Source: Vulcanimicrobiota bacterium
Lineage (GTDB): Bacteria > Vulcanimicrobiota > Vulcanimicrobiia > Eremiobacterales > Eremiobacteraceae
DNA: 64,000 nucleotides
Reading direction: 5' to 3'
Assembly (NCBI GenBank): GCA_036741695.1
Contig: DAINRU010000002.1
Location: 17,862 to 81,861, forward strand
Positions 46,143 to 56,014 of the stretch are shown here, piece by piece. Made by a program: the position numbers and the translations under genes. Within the stretch, counting starts at the first letter, position 1, and the number at the start of each line of letters is the position of its first letter. The notes under the pieces are model-generated. The model ran no database searches, was not told the origin of the DNA, and was given only the letters and a program-made list of their open reading frames with translations.

Positions 46143-46997
46143 CTACGTATAATCATAGAAGCCTTTGCCGCTCTTTTTGCCATAGTGGCCGGCGAGCACC
46201 ATGCGCTTGAGCAAGGGCGGGGGCGCCATGAGTGGATCTTTGAACTCGTCGAACATGATCTGGGAGATGAAATAGGTGGTGTCGAGGCCGACGAAATCGA
46301 GCAGCGTCAGCGGCCCCATCGGGTGTCCGCAGCCCAGCACCATGCCTTGGTCGATGTCCTCTTTGCTTGCGAGCCCAGACTCATACATGCGGACCGCATA
46401 GAGCAAATACGGCACGAGCAGGCGGTTGACGATGAAGCCCGGCGTATCTTGCGCGAGGATGGGCTTTTTGCCGATCTTGGCCGCAAACGCGAAGAGCGTG
46501 TCGATCGTCTCCTGACTGGTCACGATGGTCTTGACGACTTCGACCAGCTTCATGAGCGGCACGGGGTTGAAGAAGTGCAGACCCGCGATGAGTTTCGGGC
46601 GGTGCGTGACCGCGGCCATCTCGATGACGCACAGGCTCGAGGTGTTCGTGCAGATGATCGCGTGCGGCGCGAGCAGCGCGTCGAGCTTCTTGAAGAGCTC
46701 CTTTTTCGCCGGCATGTTCTCCACGATGGCCTCGATGACCAGGTCCGACCGCTTGAGGTCCTCGATATTTGTGGTCGTCTCCAGGCGTTGCAGCGTGGCA
46801 TCGCGATCGGCCGCGCTCATGACGCTCTTCTCCACGAACTTGTCGAGCGACTTGCGGATGCCCGCCATGCCGCGCTCGAGCGCAGCCTTGTCGGCTTCGA
46901 GCACGACCACGTCGTAGCCGGCTGCGGCGGCGACCTGCGCGATGCCCGAGCCCATGAGCCCGCAGCCGCACACGCCGACGCGTTTGATCTCTGGCAT
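46143..46997 (-). CDS. 3-hydroxybutyryl-CoA dehydrogenase
   Basis: VGVCGCGLMGSGIAQV Rossmann motif and FFNPVPLMKLVEV. Confidence 0.9.
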   Translation of the reverse strand: MPEIKRVGVCGCGLMGSGIAQVAAAAGYDVVVLEADKAALERGMAGIRKSLDKFVEKSVMSAADRDATLQRLETTTNIEDLKRSDLVIEAIVENMPAKKELFKKLDALLAPHAIICTNTSSLCVIEMAAVTHRPKLIAGLHFFNPVPLMKLVEVVKTIVTSQETIDTLFAFAAKIGKKPILAQDTPGFIVNRLLVPYLLYAVRMYESGLASKEDIDQGMVLGCGHPMGPLTLLDFVGLDTTYFISQIMFDEFKDPLMAPPPLLKRMVLAGHYGKKSGKGFYDYT

Positions 46998-47000
46998 TGT

Positions 47001-48200
47001 TTACGGTCCTTTCCAAGGCGGGAGTTCGCAGCGGACCGGGTTGTCCTTGCGATAGCCCAGCGCATATTCGCCGTGCATGAGTTTCTGGATCTCGCGCGAC
47101 CCTTCGTAGATGATCGCCCCGCGCGAGTTGCGTAAGAAGCGCGCGACCGGGTATTCGTCTGAGAATCCGTACGCGCCGTGGATCTCCATCGCGTCGTCTG
47201 CGGCCTTGTTTGACGCGTCGCACGCGAACCACTTCGCGAGCGCCGTCTCGCGCGTGTTGCGCAGCCCTTTGTTCTTCATCCAGCCGGCGCGCAGATAGAG
47301 CAGCCGCGCGGCGTCATAGCTGGCCGTCATGCCGGCGATCATCTCCTGGATGAGCTGATGGCGGCCGATCGGCGTGCCGAACGTGGACCGTTCGTTGGCG
47401 TACTTCACCGAGGCGTCCAAACAGGCGCGGATCAATCCCGTCGCGCCGGCGGCCACTGTGTAGCGGCCGTTCTCCAAGCAGGTCATGGCGATGTAGAAGC
47501 CCTCGCCCTCTTCGCCCAGGCGGTTCGCCGCCGGCACGCGCAGATCGGTGAACGACACGCCGCCGGTGTCGCCGGCGCGCACGCCGTACTTGTTCTTGAT
47601 GGCGAAGGTGTGCAACGCGCTCCCCGCCTGCTCGCGCTCGACGACGAAGGCGCTGATCCCGCGCTTGCCGGCCTCGGGAGACGTCTTGGCGAAGACGAGG
47701 AAGGTGTCGGCCTGGGTCGCGCACGAGATCCAGAGCTTCGCACCATTGAGGACGTACGAGTCGCCGTCGCGCCGCGCGGTCGAACGGATCGCGCCCACGT
47801 CCGAGCCGGCATCGGGTTCGGTGAGGCCGAACGCGCCGAGTTTCTCCCCCGCGGCGAGCGGTCGCAACAAGCGCAGCTTCTGTTCGTGCGTCCCCCACTG
47901 ATAGATGCCGCATCCGGCGAGGCCGATGTGCACCGACATCATGGTGCGTAGTGACGTGTCGCAGTACTCGAGCTCTTCGCAGACCAGACCCAAGGTGACG
48001 TAGTCGAGGCCGGCACCACCGTAGGCATCAGGAAAGGGGATGCCGACGACGCCGAGCCGGGCAAGCTTTGCGAATGCGTCGGGCAGCGGCGCGCCCGCGC
48101 TGTCGCAGCGCGCCACGTCGGGAAGTATCTGCTCGGACAGATAGCTGTGCACGCCCGCTATGAGGTCGCGCTGCTCGTCGCTGAGCTCGAAGTCGATCAT
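47001..48200 (-). CDS. Acyl-CoA dehydrogenase (short/butyryl-CoA type)
   Basis: MIDFELSDEQ.., GLTEPDAGSD, and C-terminal YEGSREIQ. ATG 48200 chosen; the track ORF to 48302 is a read-through. Confidence 0.9.
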   Translation of the reverse strand: MIDFELSDEQRDLIAGVHSYLSEQILPDVARCDSAGAPLPDAFAKLARLGVVGIPFPDAYGGAGLDYVTLGLVCEELEYCDTSLRTMMSVHIGLAGCGIYQWGTHEQKLRLLRPLAAGEKLGAFGLTEPDAGSDVGAIRSTARRDGDSYVLNGAKLWISCATQADTFLVFAKTSPEAGKRGISAFVVEREQAGSALHTFAIKNKYGVRAGDTGGVSFTDLRVPAANRLGEEGEGFYIAMTCLENGRYTVAAGATGLIRACLDASVKYANERSTFGTPIGRHQLIQEMIAGMTASYDAARLLYLRAGWMKNKGLRNTRETALAKWFACDASNKAADDAMEIHGAYGFSDEYPVARFLRNSRGAIIYEGSREIQKLMHGEYALGYRKDNPVRCELPPWKGP

Positions 48201-48215
48201 GCATGACTCCCAAGA

Positions 48216-48240
48216 AACGGACCAGCGGATCCGTTGCACT
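48216..48240 (+). repeat. Palindromic leader repeat, copy 6 (degenerate)
   Basis: aacggaccagcggatccgttgcact in the divergent region between the acd gene and the ABC substrate-binding protein gene. Confidence 0.5.
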
Positions 48241-48296
48241 GCGGCGCCAGGGCTTTGCCGCGGGTGGCCGCGGCTCCCGCGCAGAAGCCGCCTGCC

Positions 48297-49955
48297 ATGC
48301 ACGAGACGATCACGCGGCTGCTTTGGACTCGCGTCGGCGCCCTACTTTGTGCGGCAGCGCTCTGCGGCGCGACCGGCTGCACAAAAGTCTCAACCTCGAC
48401 CGGTGGCGCCGTGCATGGATTCGGCCAGCCGGGCGTCCTGCGCATCTCAGACATCTCGGATCCGTCGACGCTCAATCCCATGCTCAGCGGGGCCGACGTC
48501 GCCTACCAGCTCTCCGCCTACACCCTCGAGTACCTCGTGCAGCTCGACGACGCCGGACACGTCATCCCCGTTCTGTGCGAGCGCGTGCCCACACCTGAGA
48601 ACGGCGACGTCAGCCGCGATGGACTGACCATCACCTACCACCTCAGACACGGGGTGACATGGTCTGATGGCGCGCCGTTCGGCGCGCAGGACATCATCGC
48701 TTCCTGGCGTCAGGTGATGAACCCGCTCAACAACGTCATCATCCGCGAGGGCTATGACGATGTGGACCGCATCGACGCGCCCGACGCGTACACGGCCGTC
48801 GTGCATCTCAAACACCCCTACGCACCGTTGCCCACGCGATTTTTCTCCGGAATCCAGGAAGGGCCAGTCGCGGTGATGCCCGCCCACATCATCGCCGGTC
48901 AGCGCGAGCTCAATAGTTCGTTCTTCAGCTCGCACCCGATCGGCACCGGTCCATTCATCCTCCAGTCTTGGGAGCATAACGGGCGCATGATCTTCACCGC
49001 CAACCCCCACTACTGGCGCGGCAAACCAGCTCTGGCGCAGATCATCTTCCAGGCGCAGCCCTCGACCGCGACGGAGCTGGTCGGTTTCCAGACGCACGAG
49101 ATCGACGCGGACTTCGACGCCGGTCCGGGGCGGCTGCCAGAATACAGCTCGCTGTCGGGCATGCAGATCCTGCGCTCGAGGAGCCTGCGCCTCAGCGTCG
49201 GCGTCATGAATTGCCAGATATTCCCCTTTGACGACGTGCGCGTGCGCCATGCTGTGGCGTACGCCCTCAACCGCGCGCAGGTCTTGCACGATATCTCTCA
49301 CGATGCTGGTGTGGTGGCAGACGAGTACCTGCCGCGCTGGTCGTGGGCGTACACGCCCGACGTGCCTCGCTACCCATACGATCCTGGGCGCGCTGCCGCA
49401 ACGCTTGAAGCGGCCGGTTTCAAGCTCGGACCCGATGGAGTGCGTGCGCGCGACGGGCGCGAGCTTCGCGTCGTCCTGGTCAGCGTCGCCGGTGACGCGG
49501 CGGGACTGCGGCTCGACGCCATGGTGCAGGCCGCGCTGCAAGCGGTCGGATTCGCCGTCACGATCAAGCCGTATCCCTACGGGCTGATCTTCGACAACGA
49601 CGGCCCGATACGGACGGGTAATTACAACATCACGTTCTACAGCTTCAGCGTGAACTTCGACCCGTCATCGCTCGACGACGACGGGTGCGACCAATTCGCG
49701 CCCCACGGCGGCAACGATGCGCGCTTTTGCGATCCGATCACCGACCGGCTCGAGCGCGAGGGGCTCGCCATCACCGACACCGCCCGGCGCAAGGCGATCT
49801 ACGCGGAGATCCAGCGCAGGCGCATGAGCGATCTCGCCGACGTGCCGATGTACTTTCGCGACCGCGTGAGCGTCGTCAGCTCCGATCTGTACGGCTACAC
49901 GGCATCGAACGGGATCATCCCGCAGTGGAACGCATGGCAGTGGTCCAAGCCCTGA
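48297..49955 (+). CDS. ABC transporter substrate-binding lipoprotein, family 5 (peptide/nickel type)
   Basis: Lipobox LCGATGC and family-5 patterns (TYHLRHGVTWSDGAPF, NPHYWRGKP). No cognate permease or ATPase genes are adjacent. Confidence 0.85.
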   Translation: MHETITRLLWTRVGALLCAAALCGATGCTKVSTSTGGAVHGFGQPGVLRISDISDPSTLNPMLSGADVAYQLSAYTLEYLVQLDDAGHVIPVLCERVPTPENGDVSRDGLTITYHLRHGVTWSDGAPFGAQDIIASWRQVMNPLNNVIIREGYDDVDRIDAPDAYTAVVHLKHPYAPLPTRFFSGIQEGPVAVMPAHIIAGQRELNSSFFSSHPIGTGPFILQSWEHNGRMIFTANPHYWRGKPALAQIIFQAQPSTATELVGFQTHEIDADFDAGPGRLPEYSSLSGMQILRSRSLRLSVGVMNCQIFPFDDVRVRHAVAYALNRAQVLHDISHDAGVVADEYLPRWSWAYTPDVPRYPYDPGRAAATLEAAGFKLGPDGVRARDGRELRVVLVSVAGDAAGLRLDAMVQAALQAVGFAVTIKPYPYGLIFDNDGPIRTGNYNITFYSFSVNFDPSSLDDDGCDQFAPHGGNDARFCDPITDRLEREGLAITDTARRKAIYAEIQRRRMSDLADVPMYFRDRVSVVSSDLYGYTASNGIIPQWNAWQWSKP

Positions 49956-50147
49956 TTCGCTGCATCTCATATGCGATGGGCCAGTAAACGCCCGCGCTGC
50001 GATGAATGAGAGCGGCCTGGCGGCCCATTTCTCCCGCGCCGGGCCGAATGTGCGGTTCGTCACCACGGTACGAGCTAACCGCGCGGCGAAAGGCGCTCGA
50101 TAGTTTGGATAGGACGGTTTTCGTCCGGCTCTCGAGGTCGCCCACCC

Positions 50148-50672
50148 GTGAACTCGGCCTTTGCACTCACCTGGATCATCGCGGCCATCGTGCTGCCCTT
50201 CCTCGCGCCTGCGCCGCAGCCGAAGGCTGAGGATCCGACCAGCGCCATCCGCGCGCGGCTGATCAACCAGATCAACGCGCATCGCCGCACGTATGGCCTT
50301 ACGCCGCTATCGCCGGATCCCATCGCTCAGCGCGCAGCGCAGTACCAGGCCCAAGACATGGAAGCCAACGGCGTCATGCGCCATGAAGATTCAAACGGGC
50401 GCACGCCGATGGGGCGCTACGATGCGTTCGGCGGGCACGCCGCGCTCTACGGTGAGAACGTCGCCTTCTACGGCGATTCCATCACGGAGTCAGACGCCGC
50501 CTGGCAGGCAGTCGCCAAGCTGGATGATATGATGATGGCGGAACGGCCGCCGAGCGATGGTCACCGCGAGAACATCCTCTCGCCGTCCTATAAAGCCATC
50601 GGTATCGGCGTGGCCGTCGGGCCGAACGGCCTCTACATCGCCGAAGACTTCGTCAGCCCCGCCAACCAATAG
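50148..50672 (+). CDS. CAP/SCP (YkwD-like) domain secreted protein
   Basis: Signal-like N-terminus, then INAHRRTYGLTPL..AQYQAQDMEANGVMRHED..GENVA..GHRENIL. Confidence 0.8.
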   Translation: MNSAFALTWIIAAIVLPFLAPAPQPKAEDPTSAIRARLINQINAHRRTYGLTPLSPDPIAQRAAQYQAQDMEANGVMRHEDSNGRTPMGRYDAFGGHAALYGENVAFYGDSITESDAAWQAVAKLDDMMMAERPPSDGHRENILSPSYKAIGIGVAVGPNGLYIAEDFVSPANQ

Positions 50673-50784
50673 CGCACGCTCGGGAGCGCAACCCGCGACG
50701 CCGCGGACTAATAGCGCCACGACCGTACGTGCGAGACCTGCGCAAGGAGTCTGCCTGGACGTTTCGCCAAGGCATGATCCCGGC

Positions 50785-51948
50785 ATGAGTTCCAGGACAG
50801 CCAAGGCGGACGCCGCATTGACGACACCGCTGGACCGCAGCCTGTTCCCGATCACGCGCTCGTGGGCGTATTGCAATCACGCGTCGGTCGGGCCGCTGCC
50901 GCGCCCCACGCGCGATGCGGTCGCAGCCGTGCTCGACGCGCAGATGAACGAGGGCAACGCCGGTATCCTCGACGTCGAGTCCCATCTGGAAGAGATTCGC
51001 GCTCAGACCGCCGCGGCGCTCAACGCCGCAAGCGATGACATCTCGTTTCTGCGCTCGACGTCGGATGGAGCGCTCGTCGCGGCCAATGGTATCGCCTGGC
51101 GCGCGGGCGACGAGATCATCCTCAGCGACAATGAGTTCGGCGCGAACGCATATCCCTGGCTCAATCTGCGCGATCGCGGTGTGAGGATCCGCTTGGTGCG
51201 CACCCCGCGGGAGAGGCTCACCGTGCCAACCCTCGAGCGGATGCGCACGCCGCGGACGCGCCTCGTCGCCGTGTCGTACGTCAGCTCGCTCGACGGCTAC
51301 CGCCACGACCTGCCGGCGCTCGGGCAGTGGTGTCGCGACCACGACATTCTGCTCGCGGTGGACGCCATGCAGGGCTTCGGTCCTCTGCCGCTCGACGTGA
51401 CCGGCTGGAAGATCGATGTCTGCTATTTCGGCGTTGCGAAGTGGCTGCTCGCGCCTCAAGGACTTTCCGTGCTCTACATCCGGCGCGATCTTGTCGACGG
51501 CATGCGCCCCGCCCACTGTTCGTGGCGGTCGGTGCAGCAGCCGATGGATTTCTTCGACTACGGACAGCAGCTGCTCTCGGGCGCGCGGCGGTTCGACGGC
51601 GGGACCGTCAACTACCCGGCGCTCATCGGCTTTCGTGAGAGCCTGCGGCTGCACACGCAAGCGTCGTTCTCGCGCATCGAACGCCACGTGCTCGCCCTGA
51701 CCGATCGGCTCATCCACGGAGCGCGCGCGAAAAGCATCGAGGTGAAGAGCGAGCTGCGCGACGATGCCCGCTCCGCTATCGTGCTGCTCGGGCTTGGTCG
51801 CTCGAATGCCGACGAGCTCAATGCGAAGGCGCTGGCGAGCCGGGTCGGCGTCACCGTGCGCGATACCGGCGTGCGCGTCTCGCCGCACGGATACAACGAC
51901 GAAGCCGACATCGACGCCGTGCTCGAGCTGCTCGAGCGCGAGGCGTGA
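50785..51948 (+). CDS. Aminotransferase class V-fold PLP-dependent enzyme
   Basis: YCNHASVGPLP, LAVDAMQGFG, GVAKWLLAPQG (PLP Lys region). ATG 50785 chosen. Confidence 0.8.
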   Translation: MSSRTAKADAALTTPLDRSLFPITRSWAYCNHASVGPLPRPTRDAVAAVLDAQMNEGNAGILDVESHLEEIRAQTAAALNAASDDISFLRSTSDGALVAANGIAWRAGDEIILSDNEFGANAYPWLNLRDRGVRIRLVRTPRERLTVPTLERMRTPRTRLVAVSYVSSLDGYRHDLPALGQWCRDHDILLAVDAMQGFGPLPLDVTGWKIDVCYFGVAKWLLAPQGLSVLYIRRDLVDGMRPAHCSWRSVQQPMDFFDYGQQLLSGARRFDGGTVNYPALIGFRESLRLHTQASFSRIERHVLALTDRLIHGARAKSIEVKSELRDDARSAIVLLGLGRSNADELNAKALASRVGVTVRDTGVRVSPHGYNDEADIDAVLELLEREA

Positions 51949-51970
51949 CCATGATGAGGGGTGCGACGAG

Positions 51971-52649
51971 ATGAGCGAGGTGTCGCTGAAAGAGCGCGCT
52001 GCATGGGGTCAGAAGTCCGTCGGTGAGATGCGCTGGCCTGCATCTCTCGCCGTCATCGCGGCGCTGGCGCTCTACATCACGCTGCCCGAGCGGCTCACGA
52101 TCGGTCCGGTGTGGATCGTTCCCGCACTCGAACTAGCGCTGCTCGTGCCTTTATCCATCGCAGCACCGCGGCGGGTCCCCGGAGAGACACATTGGCTCCA
52201 GATCGCCGCGATAACGCTGATCGTCATCATCAACGTCGCTAACGTCGCCTCGCTCGTCTTGCTCGTCCACTACCTGCTCAACGGCAGCAAAGCGACCGGT
52301 GGACATCTGCTGATGGGCGCGATCCAGATCTGGCTGACGAACGTCATCGTCTTCGCGTTGTGGTACTGGGAACTCGATCGCGGTGGCCCCGATGCCCGCT
52401 CCAGCCCGCAACATCGCGAGCCCGACTTTCTGTTCCCGCAAATGGTGACGCCGGGCTGCACGTTTCCCCGGATGGTCGCCGAAATTCGTCGACTATCTCT
52501 TCGTCTCGTTCACGAACGCAAGCGCCTTCAGCCCGACGGACACGATGCCGCTCACGGCCTGGGCGAAGATGCTCTTCTTGGTGCAGGCCCTCGCGTCGCT
52601 CTTGACCGTGGCCCTGGTCGCGGCTCGCGCGGTGAATATCCTCAGCTAA
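51971..52649 (+). pseudogene. DUF1345 family membrane protein gene with an apparent +1 frameshift (or a sequencing indel)
   Basis: The frame from ATG 51971 encodes TM helices through ..EPDFLFPQM. The conserved continuation GWSPKFVDYLFVSFTNASAFSPTDTMPLTAW..NILS* is in a different frame (open from 52449, stop TAA 52647-52649). The switch must fall within 52449-52470. Confidence 0.55.
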
Positions 52650-54094
52650 TAACCCGTATCGGATTGCGTGCAGGGCACCATGACGGCATCGCTCATGCCG
52701 TGGATGAGGCGTTTGTCCGCGGGGACCACCGTCGCCAGCACACCAGAGAGCAGCGCCTCGTCGCCCGCCACGAAATAGTACGGGCACAAACGCACGCGAC
52801 CATCCAAACTGCGGATCGTGTTGTTCGTGAGGTCGAGATAGTCGCTGCGCACGCGGCGGGCTTTGTGGTAGCGCTGCAGGATCTGCGGTGTCTTCTCGAA
52901 GGTGGCGAGACCGCCGTCGATGACCGCCATCCATTCGTCGCGGGTGAGGTCGTTCGCGATATACACGCCACGGCTGCCCCAGGCGAGCTCGGAGAAGCCC
53001 GAGGGCTTGACGACGTATTGCCGGTCGGACTTGCTCAAGGAGTAGAGCTCGGTCCAGCTCCGGATCTCCCGCCCATCCACTTCGAGCCCAGCGATGACGG
53101 CCTGTGGAGGAAGGGCGCGCGGATCCAGCACCCAGGTCTGCGGCATGAGCCGCCGCAGCCGGCCAAAGGTGTCGGCACCAAGCTCCGCCAGCCAGATGCC
53201 GTGCAGACTCGGGATGTGGAGCAGCGCGAAGATGAGCTTCTCTTCGAGGAATGCCTTTGGCGGGGGCGTCATGACCACGCGCTTGTGGCGAGCGGCATAG
53301 AGCATGAGCTCTTGCTTGGGGACGTTGAGCAAGTCGAACAGCTCGAAGTTGCGATAGAGCAGATCGACTTTGCGACGCCCGTCAGGCGTGTCGACGACGA
53401 GCGCTTCCTCGGTGAAGATGACGTCTTCAGGGTGCACCGTCACGGCATACGCGAGCCCGCTTGCGCGTAAGGCTTCGGCGACCCATATCATCTCACCGCG
53501 GTAGTCCTCCGATTCGGGCGAGACGACGAAGGCGATCGTGGGCTGCTCCCGGCCGGTCGCGGCTTGAGCCATGCGCCCGAACCCGCGCACGATGCCGTCG
53601 AACTCCCCGACCTGATCGAAGCCAAGCTCGCAATACACGGCGCCCATGGCCCCGACGAAACCCATGCCGCCCGGGATCGAGTCGAGCTCCGAGGCGATCA
53701 TACCGTCGTCGGTGAGGATGATATCGGGCCGGATGATGCCCGGGATATCGCTTTTGAAACGGTTCTGACGCTGCAGCCTCACGATGTGCTCTGGCTTGCC
53801 GAGATCGAGGTACTCGTGGAAGAAGCCAGGTGCAGTGCCGCGCACGCTCATGAAGTAGATGCGGTTGACGGCTCTATAGAGCTTGAGCAAGTCGCCGCCC
53901 AGCGTGTGCAGGTTGGCCACGGTCGATGGTGCGAGGGGGAAGGGTTGTGGGGCGATGCGCCAAGCGACGGCGCTTGCGTCTGCGGTGTCGGGCCCGGCGA
54001 CACCGCGGAAAAGATTCGGGGCGAGGTGCTCGTGGACGTATCGGGCGCGATCGAGCGGTGTGTCTTGGGGGCGGAGTTTGACGCTACATGCCAT
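52646..54094 (-). CDS. Hypothetical protein with a circularly permuted ATP-grasp / eukaryotic glutathione-synthetase-like pattern
   Basis: 482 aa. Motifs GIIRPDIILTDDGMIASELDSIPGGMGF and YVVKPSGFSELAWGSRGVY echo the R-x-D..E-x-N and VLKPQREGGG blocks of eu-GSH synthetase-type ligases. This was recognised by eye only. Confidence 0.35.
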   Translation of the reverse strand: MACSVKLRPQDTPLDRARYVHEHLAPNLFRGVAGPDTADASAVAWRIAPQPFPLAPSTVANLHTLGGDLLKLYRAVNRIYFMSVRGTAPGFFHEYLDLGKPEHIVRLQRQNRFKSDIPGIIRPDIILTDDGMIASELDSIPGGMGFVGAMGAVYCELGFDQVGEFDGIVRGFGRMAQAATGREQPTIAFVVSPESEDYRGEMIWVAEALRASGLAYAVTVHPEDVIFTEEALVVDTPDGRRKVDLLYRNFELFDLLNVPKQELMLYAARHKRVVMTPPPKAFLEEKLIFALLHIPSLHGIWLAELGADTFGRLRRLMPQTWVLDPRALPPQAVIAGLEVDGREIRSWTELYSLSKSDRQYVVKPSGFSELAWGSRGVYIANDLTRDEWMAVIDGGLATFEKTPQILQRYHKARRVRSDYLDLTNNTIRSLDGRVRLCPYYFVAGDEALLSGVLATVVPADKRLIHGMSDAVMVPCTQSDTGY

Positions 54095-54311
54095 ACGTCA
54101 ACACTCTTCGTAGTGCAAGCCTGGACAGGGTGGACACGCAGGCGGGATCTTGGGCATGCTTAAGAGCCGGAAGAGATGGCGGATCATGGCCTCGTGAGTT
54201 CGATTGGTGCGCGAGCGGAGCCTTCGGCCCGGGGGCCTTGTCTTTCGGAACGGCTGAGATGCTGTCTACCCAGGCAGGCCCCATTTTAAAAGAGAAGCCG
54301 GGCAGCCGACT

Positions 54312-55241
54312 ATGTGCGCCATCTCATCGATCGTCTACGCCCGCTCGCTGACCAAGAGGTATGGCGCGATCGAGGCCGTGCGGGGGATAGACTTCTCTAT
54401 CTCCGCGGGGGAATGCTATGGATTCCTCGGCGTGAACGGTGCCGGTAAGACCTCGACCATGAAGATGATCTACTGCCGCATCGCGCGCACTTCGGGCGAG
54501 CTTGGCGTGCTCGGCATGGACCCCGCGCGCGACGCGTCGCGCATCAAGCAGCGGCTCGGCGTGGTGGCGCAAGAGAACGCGCTCGACCCGGAACTCGACG
54601 TCGTCGAGAACCTGCTGCTCTACGCCTCGTTCTTCGGAGTCACCGGAGCCGCTGCGCGCCGCCGCGCAGACGAGCTGCTCGAGCTCGTCGCCATCTCCGG
54701 CAAAGAGCGGGCGCTCGTGCGCGAGCTCTCCGGCGGGATGAAGCGCAGGCTCGTCATCGCCCGGGCGCTGGTCAACGACCCCGACATCCTCGTGCTGGAC
54801 GAGCCGACGACCGGACTCGATCCGCAAGCCCGGCTGCTCGTGTGGGAGAAGCTGACCCGTCTGCTGGAGCGCGGCTTGACGCTCTTGCTGACCACGCATT
54901 ATATGGAAGAGGCGGCGCGTCTGTGCAACCGCGTCGCGGTCATCGACGAGGGAAGAATACTGGCGGAGGGGCAGCCGTCGCAGCTCATCGAGCGCTTCGC
55001 GGCCCAGGACGTCTTGGAGCTCGTCGACGTCGGCGGGCGTCTGCCCGACGACGAGCGTCTCGATGGGCTCGTGCTGCGACGCGAGCGGCACGGCGAAACG
55101 CAATACCTCTACACCGCCGATAATCGCGTGCTCTTGCATCGGCTCGCCGAACTTGGATTCGACCCACCGCGTCACGTCGCTCGTCAGGCGACCCTCGAGG
55201 ACGTCTTCTTGAACATCACCGGCCGAGGCTTGAGCGAATGA
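54312..55241 (+). CDS. ABC transporter ATP-binding protein (ABC-2/DrrA/NodI type)
   Basis: Walker A GVNGAGKTST, signature LSGGMKRRL, Walker B ILVLDEPT. Confidence 0.9.
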   Translation: MCAISSIVYARSLTKRYGAIEAVRGIDFSISAGECYGFLGVNGAGKTSTMKMIYCRIARTSGELGVLGMDPARDASRIKQRLGVVAQENALDPELDVVENLLLYASFFGVTGAAARRRADELLELVAISGKERALVRELSGGMKRRLVIARALVNDPDILVLDEPTTGLDPQARLLVWEKLTRLLERGLTLLLTTHYMEEAARLCNRVAVIDEGRILAEGQPSQLIERFAAQDVLELVDVGGRLPDDERLDGLVLRRERHGETQYLYTADNRVLLHRLAELGFDPPRHVARQATLEDVFLNITGRGLSE

Positions 55242-56014
55242 ACGCGCTGACGGCGTTCTTCACGCCCAATGCATGGCGCGTCTTCCGGCGCAACATGCTG
55301 GCCTGGCAGAAGTACGCCTGGTCCAGCGTGGCCATCAACATCGTCGAACCCTTCGCATACTTTCTCGCGCTGGGTTTCGGTCTCGGGGCCTATTTCTCGC
55401 TCACGGGCTACGGATCGCTCGTGCAATTCATGGCGCCTGGCTTTTTGGGACTCACGGCGCTCAACACCGCCACCTTCGATGCGTCCTGGGGTTGCTACGA
55501 ACGGCGCGTCTTCAACGGCGTGTACGAGTCGATGGTCACGGCACCAGTCGACCCGCTCGAGATCGCCGCAGGCGAATACATCTGGCAAGCGTTCCGCTCG
55601 GTGCTGTACGGTTCGCTTTTCCTTGCCGTCATCGCGGGCTTTGGGCTCGTGCATTCGTGGTGGGCGCTGCTCTGCCCGGTGATGCTCGCGCTCTGCGGTA
55701 TCGTCTTCGCCATCCCGGCGCTGCTCGTCTCGTTTGTGGTGAAGACACAAGAGCACTTGTTCTACTATTTCTCGTTCGTGGCGACCCCGATGGTGATGAT
55801 CGGTGGTGTGTTCTTTCCGCTCGACAAGTTCCCGCACTGGGCGCTGGCGCTCGCCTGGCTGACCCCGCTCTACCACGCGGTCAAGGTGTTCCGTTCCCTC
55901 GTCATGGGCACGGTCACGGCGAGCACCGGGCTTGAGGCCCTGTGGGTGATCGCGGCCATCGTGCTCTTGGCGTTCGTGCCGGTCCGGAGCATCCGCGCGC
56001 GCTTGGCGAACTAG
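55238..56014 (+). CDS. ABC-2 type transporter permease
   Basis: ATGA overlap with the ATPase gene; six predicted TM helices. Confidence 0.85.
   Translation: MNALTAFFTPNAWRVFRRNMLAWQKYAWSSVAINIVEPFAYFLALGFGLGAYFSLTGYGSLVQFMAPGFLGLTALNTATFDASWGCYERRVFNGVYESMVTAPVDPLEIAAGEYIWQAFRSVLYGSLFLAVIAGFGLVHSWWALLCPVMLALCGIVFAIPALLVSFVVKTQEHLFYYFSFVATPMVMIGGVFFPLDKFPHWALALAWLTPLYHAVKVFRSLVMGTVTASTGLEALWVIAAIVLLAFVPVRSIRARLAN

Noticed and set aside
45717-47135. 472-aa plus-strand ORF (and 45260-46129) opposite the crotonase and hbd genes
   Set aside because: Antisense to genes with strong crotonase and 3-hydroxyacyl-CoA dehydrogenase signatures; low-complexity translation.
52650-53470. Continuation of the 568-aa ORF 51764-53470 beyond the DUF1345 region
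   Set aside because: Only the portion from 51971 to about 52465 looks like a membrane protein. The rest is antisense to the ATP-grasp-like gene and reads as Arg/Gly/Asp-rich noise. The true C-terminus is in another frame (see the frameshift finding).
54196-54207. gagttcgattgg, reminiscent of a tRNA T-arm (GGTTCGAAT), in the leader of the ABC transporter
   Set aside because: I could build no acceptor, D or anticodon stems around it, so it is not a tRNA. I also could not match the 54095-54311 leader to any riboswitch consensus I know.
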